DNA from: Carpediemonas membranifera BICM
Taxonomy: Eukaryota > Protista > Fornicata
Direction: 5' to 3'
DNA: 64,000 nucleotides
Assembly (NCBI GenBank): GCA_019828565.1
Contig: JAHDYR010000005.1
Span: 186,001 to 250,000, forward strand
The position numbers and the translations under genes are program-made. Below the pieces are notes generated by a model. That model saw only the letters and a program-made list of their open reading frames with translations. It made no database searches and was not told the DNA's origin. Below are positions 22,422 through 34,358 of this stretch, in pieces (position 1 is the stretch's first letter; every line of letters starts with the position of its first letter).

Positions 22422-23563
22422 TGCATACCGTCGTAGACGCGATGCGTAAGTACGCCTCGGGGCGTGGTACAGGCCCAGATGGACTACCGGCCATCTGGTA
22501 CAAATATTCGAGAGAGATCGAATATTGACCAAATATTCGAATCAAATCTACGGTCCAGTTCAGACCAATTTTACCAAGGGGTTAAAACCCCATTCCCCGG
22601 TAGTTCCGAGAAGATGGGCGACGCACAGCCCCCCGTGACACTGGAGAGCCTGGAGGTCAGAGCATGTTTCCCATCAATCTCGGGTATAAATTTGATTAGA
22701 TCAATTGGAGACTTCGACCGTAGTCGACTGCAAGTCGGCGGACCACTGTCCAAGAAGCGGGCAAGGGTGCCCGGACGTGCGGGAGCACTTGGGGCTTGGA
22801 GCCCCGTTTCCCAGCCCGATGGACGCGCATCTGTCTCGGAGGCGCGCCATCCTGGTGTTGGCCATCTGGTGCCTTAAAATGCGAGGCTTTAAAACGCCTC
22901 AGAATTCGCGCCAAAATGGCCAACGCCAACGAGGAGCTTATTGCGAAGATTGACAAGCAGGACAAGCTTATTAAAGCTTTAACCGCCAGAATGGCGGAGC
23001 AGGAGGAGAAGCAAGAAGATCTAAGAGAACCTAAGAGACTTGATGGTGTTATCAAGGAGAACCGCGCTTGGAAGCAGTTCTTTGCTGATTTTAAGGCGGA
23101 TATTAAGGGCCGTACAGAGAAACCGTCTGTTGGAGACGTATTCGACACCGCTAAGGCGATGTGGTACCCAAACAATTGAGAGAGTGAAATTTAGAAGCAG
23201 GTTTGAGATCATTGACCAAATAAGACTGATCATTAAATGAGGTCGTCATGACACTTCCCCCCATGATCCCAAACCGTCCACAAGCTCAAACGTGCCTCCC
23301 AACCGTCAGCAAAAATTCTAACGGTTCAAGTCCGGCGAAATGCAAAACCCGCCAGACCGACTCCAGTGAAGTCAAAAACGCAATTGAGCACAATAGTCTG
23401 AAGAACGCTGTTCTAAACGAACAAATAGCGCACAGAATGGTGTAGAACATAAGAAATAACCAATATCAGTAACTAGATTCCAACGTTCTGCTCTTCCCCC
23501 CCTAGGCTGCGGTCACCAACTGGGCAAAACCCCAAAATGGCTTTTTTGATGAGCCGTTGGTTA

Positions 23564-26227
23564 TTAGCGCTGCCTATAGGAAGCTAATTTCCTTTGACCT
23601 CGGAGTTTTCTGCGCAAACTCGGTTTGTCTGCGAGGTACTCCTCAAACGCCCTAAGTTCATCAAGGTCGGCGTTGAAGCGTTCCCATGTCGCCTCTTCCT
23701 CGAGGTACCCCTCCCACAGCACATGTAGGTGAAGGACGCCGTCCTCAAATTTGTGAGAGTCGATCGCTTCTACGACATATTCGTCAACTCTCTGGGCCGC
23801 GAGCCGTGTCAACTCAGCCCTTGTCGCGTCAGACTCAAAATGTCTTAGACGCTCGGCATGGACCTTAGCCACTACGCCTGTCGTCAGGTTCTCCACGAAG
23901 TAAACGTTCGGCGACTCTGCGGGTCCCTGGCACCACATTGGCCCAGCCAGCTTCGTGCGGCGGCCGACAGTGGTCGTTACCAGCACTGGCTTGTTCGATA
24001 GGGCCACGTGCGATGCTTCTGCTGGTGTTTGTTGTTGCAGCGCCTGGTCTTGGATGACTCTCTGTAGTTCCAGGCTGCCCTTGAAGGCCTCAAATGGCAT
24101 CTTGCTCTCATTGCTCATGATCTCTTCTGGTCTTACGACCACGTCTTGGTTATAAAGCAAATTCAGTGGCGATAGGCCTGTCCTGGCCACAGATGTTGAA
24201 TTAATGATGTACTGAGCCAAAGGTAGTAGCCGCGTCCATCTAAACTCCTGCAGATCGAGCATTAGCGTCTCTAGATGCCTCTTAACCTCGGCGTTGACCC
24301 TCTCAACTATTCCTTGAGAACCCGGGCGGTAAGGCGTGCCGACGTGATGTTGCGACCCGAGCCTTTCCATTAGAGCGTCAATCAGCTTATTTCTATACTG
24401 GCTGCCCCCGTCGCTGTGAATCACCCGGGGAATTCCGTAGTGACCCACCCAGGCCAAAATTGCCCCTGCCGCGGCATCTGCGTCCGTCGAACGCGTGGGG
24501 ACCAGCATAGTTAGCTTCGAGTACGTGTCAATTAACACGCACACGTACCGCAGACCCTCGCTCTCCGCGATGGGTCCGATCGTGTCTACCTGCACGACAT
24601 CAAACGGCAGGCGACCTGCCGTACGGTGGCGCAAGTGTTGGACGGGCTTGGCCGTCTTGCGCGTGACCTGGCACACAGGACACGACTGGACAACCTCCTC
24701 TGCGTCCTTATACATGCCCCTCCACCTCCTACCGAGCGATATAAGCTTGTTCACCGTCGCTCTCGCTCCGAGATGGCCGTGTATGCCTCCGTGAACCTCG
24801 GAGATCCACGTGGCGTGATCATCTGCCTCGACTGTTGCACCGCATTGGCGAGATAGCGCGTCGGCAGCACCGTTCGCTTGACCAGGCACGTGTACGACGG
24901 AATAGTCGAACCTTTCCAGTGCCATGCGCCATCTAGTTACCTTAGCGTTCGTGCTTGTCGCGATATACAGCAAATTCCGGTGGTCCGTTCTCACAGTAAA
25001 CGGCCTGCCTACTAGGAACCGCTCGGCCTTGATCATAGCGTAATAAATGCCGAAGCCTTCCTTTTCATAGGTGCTCCACCTTCTTTGAACATCCGATAGT
25101 GTCTTGGAATAGAAAGCAATCGGACGCTCCTCCCCGTCTTCGATCTGTAACAAAACTGCCCCGACAGCGTAGTCACTCGCGTCGGTTTGTAGGATTAATT
25201 GGCAGCCACGCTTGGGGTGACTTAACATGTTGTTCTGAGATAGGGTCGCTTTGATGTCGACTAGGGCATCTTGTTGGGCCTTCTCCCAACGGAACTCTTC
25301 CTTGGCTCTCGTCAGAGCCAGGACTGGCTCCATCATATTGCCGTAGTTCGGAATCATATGGCTAAAATAGTTCGTGAACCCGAGTAAGGTTCTGACTCCG
25401 GCAACATCTCTCGGGCTGGTTAGGCGGTCGATGCCTTCTAGGCGGTCAGGCGCGATTCGCTTGCCGTCGCCATTCACAAGCCAGCCCAAGTATTCTATTT
25501 CTGTCAGTCCGAACTCAGACTTGGACAGATTCAGCTTCAACTTGGCCGAGTTGAGCTTTCTCAAGACATAGTCCAGATTGTCGAGGTACTCTCTCTGGTT
25601 CTCTCCGAATATTACTATGTCGTCTACATATGCGAGACACCGTGTCCACAGTGCATCGCCCAGTACGGATTCGAGGGTCTTCTGACAGAAGGCTGCGGCC
25701 CCTTTGAGTCCGAAAGCTAAACGCTTGTACTGATACTTACGCTTCCCAACTGTAAACGCCGTTAGTCTGCGTGAGCTCTTGGTCATAGGAATCTGGTGAA
25801 AGGCCTTGCTTAGGTCCAGCTTAGCGAAGAGGGTCTTACCCTCTAGTCTTGCTACCAGATCGTCAATGATAGGGAGGTCGTGATCGAAGTCCTCCGTCGC
25901 GTCGTTAAGGCGCCGAAAGTCCAAGCAGAGCCTGCGGGTGCGATCGCGCTTCCATACAAGCACCGTAGGATTGTTATAGTTGCTCGTAGACTCCTCAATC
26001 ACATTCAGATCCTCCAGCTGCGCCGTCTGGCGCTGCATATCCTCTCTTTCTTCAGCCGAGACGTGGTATGGAGGGATGTTGATAACCTTCTGGTTTGTAA
26101 GAACCAGTTCGAAGGGTGGAACGTCTGCTGGCTGCGAAATGTCGCCGAGAACGTCTTTGTACTTGCTTAGGATGGTATTAGTCTCTTCAGGGAAGCTACG
26201 TATCTGTAGTTCGTGCTCCGCTTCAGC
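23564..26227 (-). CDS. pol: Gypsy C RT-RNase H-integrase-chromodomain (3' part of a single gag-pol ORF)
   Basis: YVDD, TDASD, DTIGP, SDGG, VER, YVVEAI..LWEGY..ATWE; in frame with 30807-31983 once D is removed. Confidence 0.93.
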   Translation of the reverse strand, partial: AEAEHELQIRSFPEETNTILSKYKDVLGDISQPADVPPFELVLTNQKVINIPPYHVSAEEREDMQRQTAQLEDLNVIEESTSNYNNPTVLVWKRDRTRRLCLDFRRLNDATEDFDHDLPIIDDLVARLEGKTLFAKLDLSKAFHQIPMTKSSRRLTAFTVGKRKYQYKRLAFGLKGAAAFCQKTLESVLGDALWTRCLAYVDDIVIFGENQREYLDNLDYVLRKLNSAKLKLNLSKSEFGLTEIEYLGWLVNGDGKRIAPDRLEGIDRLTSPRDVAGVRTLLGFTNYFSHMIPNYGNMMEPVLALTRAKEEFRWEKAQQDALVDIKATLSQNNMLSHPKRGCQLILQTDASDYAVGAVLLQIEDGEERPIAFYSKTLSDVQRRWSTYEKEGFGIYYAMIKAERFLVGRPFTVRTDHRNLLYIATSTNAKVTRWRMALERFDYSVVHVPGQANGAADALSRQCGATVEADDHATWISEVHGGIHGHLGARATVNKLISLGRRWRGMYKDAEEVVQSCPVCQVTRKTAKPVQHLRHRTAGRLPFDVVQVDTIGPIAESEGLRYVCVLIDTYSKLTMLVPTRSTDADAAAGAILAWVGHYGIPRVIHSDGGSQYRNKLIDALMERLGSQHHVGTPYRPGSQGIVERVNAEVKRHLETLMLDLQEFRWTRLLPLAQYIINSTSVARTGLSPLNLLYNQDVVVRPEEIMSNESKMPFEAFKGSLELQRVIQDQALQQQTPAEASHVALSNKPVLVTTTVGRRTKLAGPMWCQGPAESPNVYFVENLTTGVVAKVHAERLRHFESDATRAELTRLAAQRVDEYVVEAIDSHKFEDGVLHLHVLWEGYLEEEATWERFNADLDELRAFEEYLADKPSLRRKLRGQRKLASYRQR

Positions 26228-29200
26228 TGTCACAGCATCTCCCTCACTCCCAGTGCACTTTAAGGTAAATGGATTTCCCCGTTTTCTGCTGCCATCCGGC
26301 ACAGTGATCACTCCTGGAAAATGGTAACGCAGAATCATCTGTTCCTATCTGATCTAGATCCTGTTACGATCAGAACCTTCACTCGGCACTTCCGAGTCCT
26401 CAAAGCCCAATTTCCAACTCTTTCGCCATCCGACTGTATTTCAGAAGAGATTCTTGATGTCCTTGAGCTTCGATATGAAGTTGATCTCTCTTCCGCAACC
26501 ATTGAAGATATCGAGGCTTCTCTCCTCACGCACCTCCTACCTCCAACACTCAATGGATGCCTCCGAGCAATGCGTGCCCTCCAGATGCCTAATCACGACA
26601 ACAAGCTTCACTCGATCCTCTTGTACGTCCGAGAGCTCCGTGCGCTCTACAAGCACGCTCTAACGTTCATCCCCGACCACGACCCGCCCAAGCCTGAAGC
26701 TGATGATGACGACCCCGACGTAGACGCTCTCGCTGAGCTACTGGGCTCCTCGCCATCCGGGCCTAGCCCCGCTCATCGGGGCCTGAGCAAGGTCGCCGCC
26801 CGTGTACTCCTCGCCGCCATCAGGCCAAGTGAGCTTCAAGCTCGCCTCAAGACCGAGGTTGAGCTACAAGGCGCTCGCCTGTTCGAGGATACCGTTCAGA
26901 TCGTGAAGACCGAGGTCGAGCGCCTCCAGGCGCTGGCAAGCGATCTGGCAGGCCTCGACATCTCGTCTTTGACACCGTCCACCACGTCAGCTGCCGTGTT
27001 GACCTCCGTTGACCGCCCTCGCCAAGGTGGCGGGCAGAGCCGCCAAGGCCGCCCCGCCATAGGCCGAACACATGGGCTCCCGGCCACACCCTCCAAGACC
27101 CCCTGCCCATTCTGTGGTGGTTGGCATTGGAGGTGGCAGTGCCCTAAGGCCGACGCCGCCCAGCGAGGCTCCACCCAGCAGTCCAACCAGTCGCCGCACC
27201 CGGCACAACCGACCGGCCAGCATGACAAGCAACAGCCACATACCCAAGCCCGACATACTTCGGGCAACGCCAACCGCCAGCTGCCAGTGCCTCAACCAAA
27301 TGCGGATCCCACTCAGCAGTCCGACCGCCGCGCTGGTAGGATGAACCTCCGCCCCAGCAGCACCCTCAAGAAGGGAAGACCAGTGCATGAGACCGCCCAT
27401 GCCCAGCCGGTGCAGTCTGTCGACGAACCACAGCCCGACTCATCCTACTTCACCGTCCAAGGGAAAGTCAATGGCGAGACGCAGACAATCCTGATTGATT
27501 CCGGTTCCGCCCCAAGCTGTATTTCGCAGTTGTTGGCCGAGCGCCTCAAGGCCACGATCGACACATCCGTCTCAATTGCTCTGTTGGACGTCAATAAGCA
27601 GCTTTTTATGACGAAGGGCGTAGCAAAGGTGAGTCTGAGCCTTCCATCTGCGGGCAACGCCATGGTCACTACCGAGGCCACCTTCCACGTAATCGAACGC
27701 GACGATGATCACATACTCGTTGGTTGTGATATCCTCAGAGCTCTTGGCTTCCTCAGCGCCAAGGGCCTCTTCGTCCCTACAGGCGTCGACTGCAACGAAG
27801 ACCCCCAGACCACCGAAGGGCTCCCTCCCCACAAGTACCTAGACCCAGTCCCTGTCGCTGAAGCCTCAGCTGCTCCACAGTTCTTCAGCGATGAAGTGGA
27901 CGTATGTCCTGATCAACTACACGACCCTATCCGTGAGATCCTCCGCAAGCATGACGCCGTGTTCGATCCAAACCTCCCCGAAGAGCCGGCAGCCTTCCCC
28001 CCCATGACCATCCCGACCGACGGCTACATTGTCAACATGAAGCCACGCCCTCTGGCTCCAGCCAAGACGGAGTGGCTGCACGATCATGTCTCAGACTTAC
28101 GCGACAAGGGCATCACCGAGGCCAACACCGGCCCATATGCCAGTCCAGTAGTCCTCGTGCGAAAGGGGGACGCTTGGCGGCTTTGCATCGACTATGTCCT
28201 ACTCAACAGCCACACCACCCGTGATCGACACCCCCTCCCCAACATGCGCGAGTTCCTTCGCCGAGCAAGTGGGTGCGACCGATTTGCCGCCCTGGACCTG
28301 ACCTCAGGCTATTGGCAGGTGCCTATGGCTGACGAGGACAAGGAGAAGACCGCGTTCATCGCCCCTGGCGTGCATGAACAGTTCACCAGGATGCCTTTTG
28401 GGCTTGCCAATGCCCCGTCGCATTTCCAGCGAGGTATCGAGACTATCCTCGGGCCCATCCTCCATAAGGGGGTTGACCCGTACATCGATGACCTCTTCAT
28501 GTACTCCTCCGAGGAACTTTTCCTCAAGCTTCTCGATGACACCCTCACTCGCCTGGAAGAAGCCAACGTCCGCCTAGGCGCAAAGAAGTGCCGAATAGGC
28601 TATTCCGAGGCCCCCATAGTTGGTTTCATTGTCGACAAGGCTGGAGTTCACGTAGACCCTGAGCGCACCCGCGCCCTACGAGAGCTTCCCCTCCCCACTG
28701 ATGTCCACGGGCTCAGGACCGTGCTCGGCAAGTTCCAGTTCTTAGCCTCATTCATCTCAGAGAAACGCCATGAGCTGTTCAAGCCCCTTACCGCTCTCCT
28801 AGAGAAGGACGCCGTCTTCAGCTTCGGCCCAGCCGAGACTGAGGCTTTCAACACCCTTAAGTCCCTCTTCACCGATGACCTCTTCATCGCTCACCCAGAC
28901 TTGTCCCTTCCTTGGACCCTCGAGACCGACGCTTCCAATGTCGGAGCCGGAGGTGTACTCTACCAGACTCCCAACGACAACTCGGGCAGACAAGTGCTGG
29001 CCTATTTCTCTCATACGTTCACCCCCACCCAGACCAGATGGGCTACCTGCGAACAGGAACTTTTCGCCATCGTATACGCCTTCACGCACCCCTCCCTCAC
29101 CCACCTTCTGCGCGTGAAGCATGTAACCCTCAGAACAGACCACCGTAATCTGATCTACATGATCTACAAGTCCGCGACGAACGACAAGATCCTCCGCTGG

Positions 29201-30806
29201 CGTCTGACGCTAGCCGACTTCAACTTTGAAATCACACACGTTCCCGGGAAGGATAACGTCATAGCTGATTCGCTCAGCCGGTATGGCCACGGCCAGACTA
29301 CAGCCCAACCCGTCGCCGCCATATCTGTCGATGCCCGGTTCAAGGACAGACTGGCACACTTCCAAGGAGAGGACCCGGAGATCAGCAAGCTGCCGGTAGA
29401 CGCTGATGGTCTCCGACGCCGGAACGGAGCCTGCATGATCCCGACCTGTGATCAAACGAAGGGCTTACGCCAAGAGCTTATTGCCATCGCTCACCGTGGC
29501 CACCACGGAGCTAGAGCCACGTACACCCGCCTCCGCGATGACGGCTACACCTGGGTCAGCGCGACTCAAGAGATCGCCGCCTACGTCCACTCCTGTCCGA
29601 TCTGTCTCAAGGCTAGACTCTCTGAGTTCGCTCAGTCAAGCCTAGGGACCACGGCCGTGTATAAGCCTTTCCACACGGTCGCCATTGACACCATAGGCCC
29701 CATCCCCGCAGACATGTTCGGCCGCAAGTACATCTTCGTCCTTGTTGATATGTTCACCAGGTACACGGAGTTATATGCCAGCGATGAGAACACTGCCGAT
29801 GCCGCTGCCTCTGCCATCTGGCAACAACTTGTCTGCCGTCATGGCATCCCTGCCGCCATTAAGGCTGACAACGGGCCGGAGTACACTGGTGCCGTGATCA
29901 AGGCCCTCCTGTCTGATGCCGAGATCACCGAACAACACACTCTCCCGTATCATCCCCAGTCCAACGGCGTTGTTGAACGCCGTAACGCCGAAGTGATGAA
30001 GCACCTCCGCTGCCTCACGCTCAACTTTAACAAGTTTGACGAGTGGAGCAGGCTTTCTCCCTGCCGTTCAGCTTTTGCTGAACACTTCTATCTGCTCTGC
30101 CACAGGCCTCACCCCCCACAGCATGCTTTACGGCGAGCATTTGGACCCGTCCGCCACTAGAGCCCGGCTACTCGCCCCGACTGACCCTACAGCTTCCGAG
30201 ACAATCCTATCCTCCCATCGTGAATACCTAGACAACCTCACTAACCACCTGAAGTCCCTTTCCAAGAAGGGGGAGGAGACGCAACGTAAGGTTGTCGAGA
30301 AGCGCCTGCCAAAGGAAAGACCGCAGAGACCGAGCTCAAGCCAGGTGACCTAGTCCTCGTACAGCGCAACAGGACCCCCAAGTTGCACGGTCACCTGGGA
30401 CCCTACAAGATCCTCGAGATCCTCGACCACAAGGCCGTCGTTATCGCCGACATCATCACGAACACCACCACAACCGTCCACCGGGATCACCTGCTCCCGT
30501 TCCACGTGAACTACCACTTCAACAAGCTCCGCCAGCTAGCTTCCTCAGACGAGGAGACTTTTATCGTTGAGAAGATCCTCAAGCACCGCGTCAAGGACGA
30601 CATCCTCGAACTGAAGGTGAAGTGGGAAGGCTACGACGAACCCACCTATGAGCCGGCGACTGCACTCTCCGGAGTCTCGCTCGCTCGTGCTTACCTTAGA
30701 GCCAATAAGCTTCGGCTTAGGGGGGCAAGATGTCACAGCATCTCCCTCACTCCCAGTGCACTTTAAGGTAAATGGATTTCCCCGTTTTCTGCTGCCATCC
30801 GGCACA
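26228..30806 (+). mobile_element. Ty3/Gypsy chromovirus D, full length
   Basis: Identical 76-bp LTRs (26228-26303, 30731-30806); 4-bp TSD CAGC; purine tract before the 3' LTR. Confidence 0.95.
26321..30766 (+). CDS. Gypsy D gag-pol polyprotein; two frameshifts in the integrase C-terminal region
   Basis: CPFCGGWHWRWQC, LIDSGS, YIDD, TDASN, DTIGP, DNG, VER, FIVEKIL..VKWEGY. Confidence 0.92.
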
Positions 30807-31983
30807 CAGCAAGGGTAAATAACGTCTCGTCTACTTCATCTTCATCAAGCTCCGCGAAGTGTGGCTCTCCAGAATTCTCCATCGTCGGATTGACGATCGT
30901 GATTAGCCCCAACGCACTTAATGTCGATATTCCCATAACTAATGTCGGCTTCAGCCCGGGTAGCACCCGCAAATTGAGAGCAGCTTGAGTTCTCCGCCCA
31001 GTAGATGGCAACACTCCAAAATCTGCACTCAACTTAACAATGCCGGGTGAGTTGTAAATCGTACCAGTGGCCAGCTTAACCTTAGCATGGTCGGGCTCGA
31101 CGACTAGGCCGAGCTCTTTGACGAGGGATTGGGATATAAAGTCGGTAGAGGCCCCTGTGTCATAAAGGAACGCCAACACTCTCCCCAGGATGCCCACCTC
31201 GCCAATGGGTCTGTTGTCGCGGTCCTCCGCGACCAAAGCATTAAGATGAACGTACTTCTGCCCCTTTACTCCCTCACGCTCGTCACGCTTACGCTTCCAA
31301 CACGTATCAGCAGTGTGACCCTTGCGCTGGCAGTACTCACAAGCAGTTTCCGACTTCTCCTTAGCCTTAGTCATCGTTGCGGAGGTTGCACTCTCTCGCT
31401 CCACACGCTGGTGCTCTCTGCGAGCCTTCTCTGCTTCCGTGGCCTGGATGAATGCCTCGGCGATCGTCTCGTCAAGCGTCTTCGCCTTCTTAGCATTCAC
31501 TCGCTCCTTCAAGCGACCGTACCTGATGCCAGCAACAAAGGCATCGACGATGAGCTTCTCCGTGGGCCGAACCTTACAACAGTTACGAACTTGACGCTTA
31601 TACGCCAGGGCATACGCGGCCATGTTGTCAATGAGGTTACCCTCAGAGCCGCACGACAAGTCCTTAAAGCGATCTAAAGCGTCCACCTCATCCAGAGGCT
31701 GCATCAGCTCGTCTACCATGGTGATAAAGGCCTCGTTGAGTTCAGAGGTATCGGCCGGCTCTTCATCCGGCGTTTCATTAGCGTACTCCAGGAACCCCTC
31801 AAGTTCAGGGATTCGGATCTTAAGAACCTCTAGGACCTGCGTTTCGATTAGGTCAAAGGCAACGATCGGATCGGCTTCACGGGCAGCATACTGCTCGTAG
31901 TCTTGACGGAAAGTATACCACGACTTGGTGGTGGCCTTTCGCAGGAACGGGGCGTTGTTGAGTTTTGTTTCAGGTAAATGCAT
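30807..31983 (-). CDS. gag: Gypsy C gag-protease (5' part)
   Basis: CEYCQRKGHTADTC; LYDTGA. Confidence 0.9.
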
Positions 31984-32408
31984 GCAGTAATTACTGTGGT
32001 ACCCAAACAATTGAGAGAGTGAAATTTAGAAGCAGGTTTGAGATCATTGACCAAATAAGACTGATCATTAAATGAGGTCGTCATGACAGGCGATGATCGA
32101 CAAGCGCCTCGAGTACCTGAGAACAGTCGACACTTTCGGAGATGCTGTGGCTGCAGTGTACCTTGTCGAGGCCGAAGGTCTGACAGGCAAGAAGGACTTC
32201 GCGCGTGTCGCGATGAAGGCCGCCAAGAACCTCAACGCCAGACCGATCACCAAGAGACCTCACGGCGGTAGCTCTAAGTTCTGCACGGTGTGCAGACGCA
32301 GAGGACACTCCGCTCACGAGTGCTGGCGCAGCCAGTCGTCCAACCAGAAGTAAAGGTTGGCTCTGTTTTTTTTTGTCTTACGCAGGTTAAGGACGAGAAG
32401 AGAAGGCG

Positions 32409-34358
32409 ATGACGGAGCGTGAGCTTCAAGAAGCCCTATCATTGAACGCAAGTTTACCTACTGTAGGTTCTATCTCGTCCCGGTTGGAGACATGGCGGCG
32501 CACGCGCCCTCCAGCAGAGGTTTTAGAAGCTGTCAAAGGAGTCGCGATCGGCGCTCCAGAGAAGGAGGTTCATGAATACTCCCAGCACAGTGCACAGGCA
32601 CAAGCCAGATTACACGAAGAAGTCAGCAAATTGATCGAACTCGGAGCAGTAGAAGAGGTAGCATCCAAACCAAGCGGGATTTGTCCCATTTTCACCATCA
32701 TTAAGTCAGACAAGGTCTCATGGAGGCTCATACACGACTTAAGGAGCATCAATTCCTACCTAGAGGCAAGGAAGTTCAGAATGGAGGGCCTCGGAGAGGT
32801 CGCGAAGACAATACTACCTGGCGACTCGATGATAGCGATGGATTTTCGCAAAGGGTACTACCAACTCCTACTAGAGGAGGAGGCCAAGAACTGGGCCGGC
32901 TTCGAGCTTGACGGGAGATTCTTCCAGTTCAAGGTCCTACCCTTTGGGCTTTCCACAGCCCCACGGACTTTCCAACAGGTCTCGAAGCATGCCGCTAGAT
33001 TTATTGCGGAGTCCCTGCAGCTAAGGATAGTCGTCTATCTAGACGACTGGCTGATAGCGCACAATTCGCAGAGATACCTTGAGAGCATTCTTCCGCAGTT
33101 TTTGTCGATGCTCACAAACTTCGGCATCGCTGTGAACCATGACAAGTCAATATGGACGCCATCAAAGCAAGTGAAGTACCTCGGAATGATGTTGAACTCA
33201 CAATCCATGACCTTCGTGCTCCCCGACGACAAACGGGACAAGTATCTGCAAGAAGTGCAACAACTCATGAGAGCCAAGCGCTTTATCAAGAAGGACCTTC
33301 AGAAGCTTATCGGGAAGCTGAATTTCACCAGATTCGCCATCGGAGATGCCGCGCTCGTCATGCTGCGGGAGCTGATGATTTTGAGTTCAGCCCTATCGAG
33401 GAGGAAGGACTTCAGGTTCGGACGAGAGACCCTCAACAGCGCCACCAGAGCGGATCTAGCGTGGTGGGAGACAAAACTCAAGACGAAATGCGAGAGCCCC
33501 ATGACAATACCGAACTTCGACGCGAGAGTGGAGTCAGACGCATCAGACTCAGCCGGAGGGGCCGTAATCTTCACGGCGACAGGCACACACCAGATAGAAG
33601 CATCCCTTCCGCGCCACCTACACATCACCGCCAAGGAGACACTCATGGGAGTGCGCGGGGTCAAGGCAGCACTGCAGGCGGGAGCACGGAGCATATGGCT
33701 CGTGACAGACTCATCAGCAGCGAAGGCCTGGGTGCAGGTCAGCTCAACAAGAGCCCCGAAGGAGGTCAGACAGGAGGTGAGAGCCCTCTGGCTTCGTCTT
33801 ACACGAGCACGAGCGACGCTGAGGACATTCTACTCGAAGGGCAGCACGAACTGGAATGCAGACTATCTGTCACGCCGGAGCACTGGATCGTTTGCTCCCT
33901 GGATGGCACCAGACTCAGTCCTGTTGGAGACAGCAGCCCGGTGGGGCACGGTGGAGGCGGTCCTGACGGACTCCCCCTGGACGGAGACGATAGCGAGAGA
34001 CTGGACAGCTGGGCGCTTCCTGTTGATGCCCCAGATGAAGCAGATAGACCAGGCAGTGCAGCGGCTTGCCACGATAGCTCGATCCTCAACAGTACCACCA
34101 GCTCTGCAGACGGAGGGGGTCTGGATCATAGTCCCGCAGGTCAAAGCCAACTACTATGTGACGTTGACGGCTATGTCGCAGCGGCGAAGATCCTACAAGA
34201 TCAGCAGGACTCAGTGCTTGGGGAGTCCCATGGAGAAGATCCTTGGTCCGAGAGAGTCGATGAGCGTCACGTGTTTTTGGATCGCGACTTCAGGGCCGCG
34301 GGCCTGGTCAGACGAACCGGACAACCGCGAGTGCAGAGACGACCCAACCGGAACCTAG
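32409..34358 (+). CDS. DIRS E reverse transcriptase-RNase H (reduced MT region)
   Basis: DFRKGYYQ, LPFGL, YLDD, SDAS, HITAKE, TDS, ADYLSR. Confidence 0.92.
   Translation: MTERELQEALSLNASLPTVGSISSRLETWRRTRPPAEVLEAVKGVAIGAPEKEVHEYSQHSAQAQARLHEEVSKLIELGAVEEVASKPSGICPIFTIIKSDKVSWRLIHDLRSINSYLEARKFRMEGLGEVAKTILPGDSMIAMDFRKGYYQLLLEEEAKNWAGFELDGRFFQFKVLPFGLSTAPRTFQQVSKHAARFIAESLQLRIVVYLDDWLIAHNSQRYLESILPQFLSMLTNFGIAVNHDKSIWTPSKQVKYLGMMLNSQSMTFVLPDDKRDKYLQEVQQLMRAKRFIKKDLQKLIGKLNFTRFAIGDAALVMLRELMILSSALSRRKDFRFGRETLNSATRADLAWWETKLKTKCESPMTIPNFDARVESDASDSAGGAVIFTATGTHQIEASLPRHLHITAKETLMGVRGVKAALQAGARSIWLVTDSSAAKAWVQVSSTRAPKEVRQEVRALWLRLTRARATLRTFYSKGSTNWNADYLSRRSTGSFAPWMAPDSVLLETAARWGTVEAVLTDSPWTETIARDWTAGRFLLMPQMKQIDQAVQRLATIARSSTVPPALQTEGVWIIVPQVKANYYVTLTAMSQRRRSYKISRTQCLGSPMEKILGPRESMSVTCFWIATSGPRAWSDEPDNRECRDDPTGT

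Larger units (their letters stand above)
23160..32088 (-). mobile_element. Ty3/Gypsy chromovirus C, full length, interrupted by Gypsy D
   Basis: Identical 94-bp LTRs (23160-23253, 31995-32088); 5-bp TSD GGCGA; PPT GGGGGGAAG. Confidence 0.95.

Noticed and set aside
32350-32385. GT-AG intron fusing DIRS E gag to RT
   Set aside because: Splicing does not give the RT frame, which has TAA at 32388.
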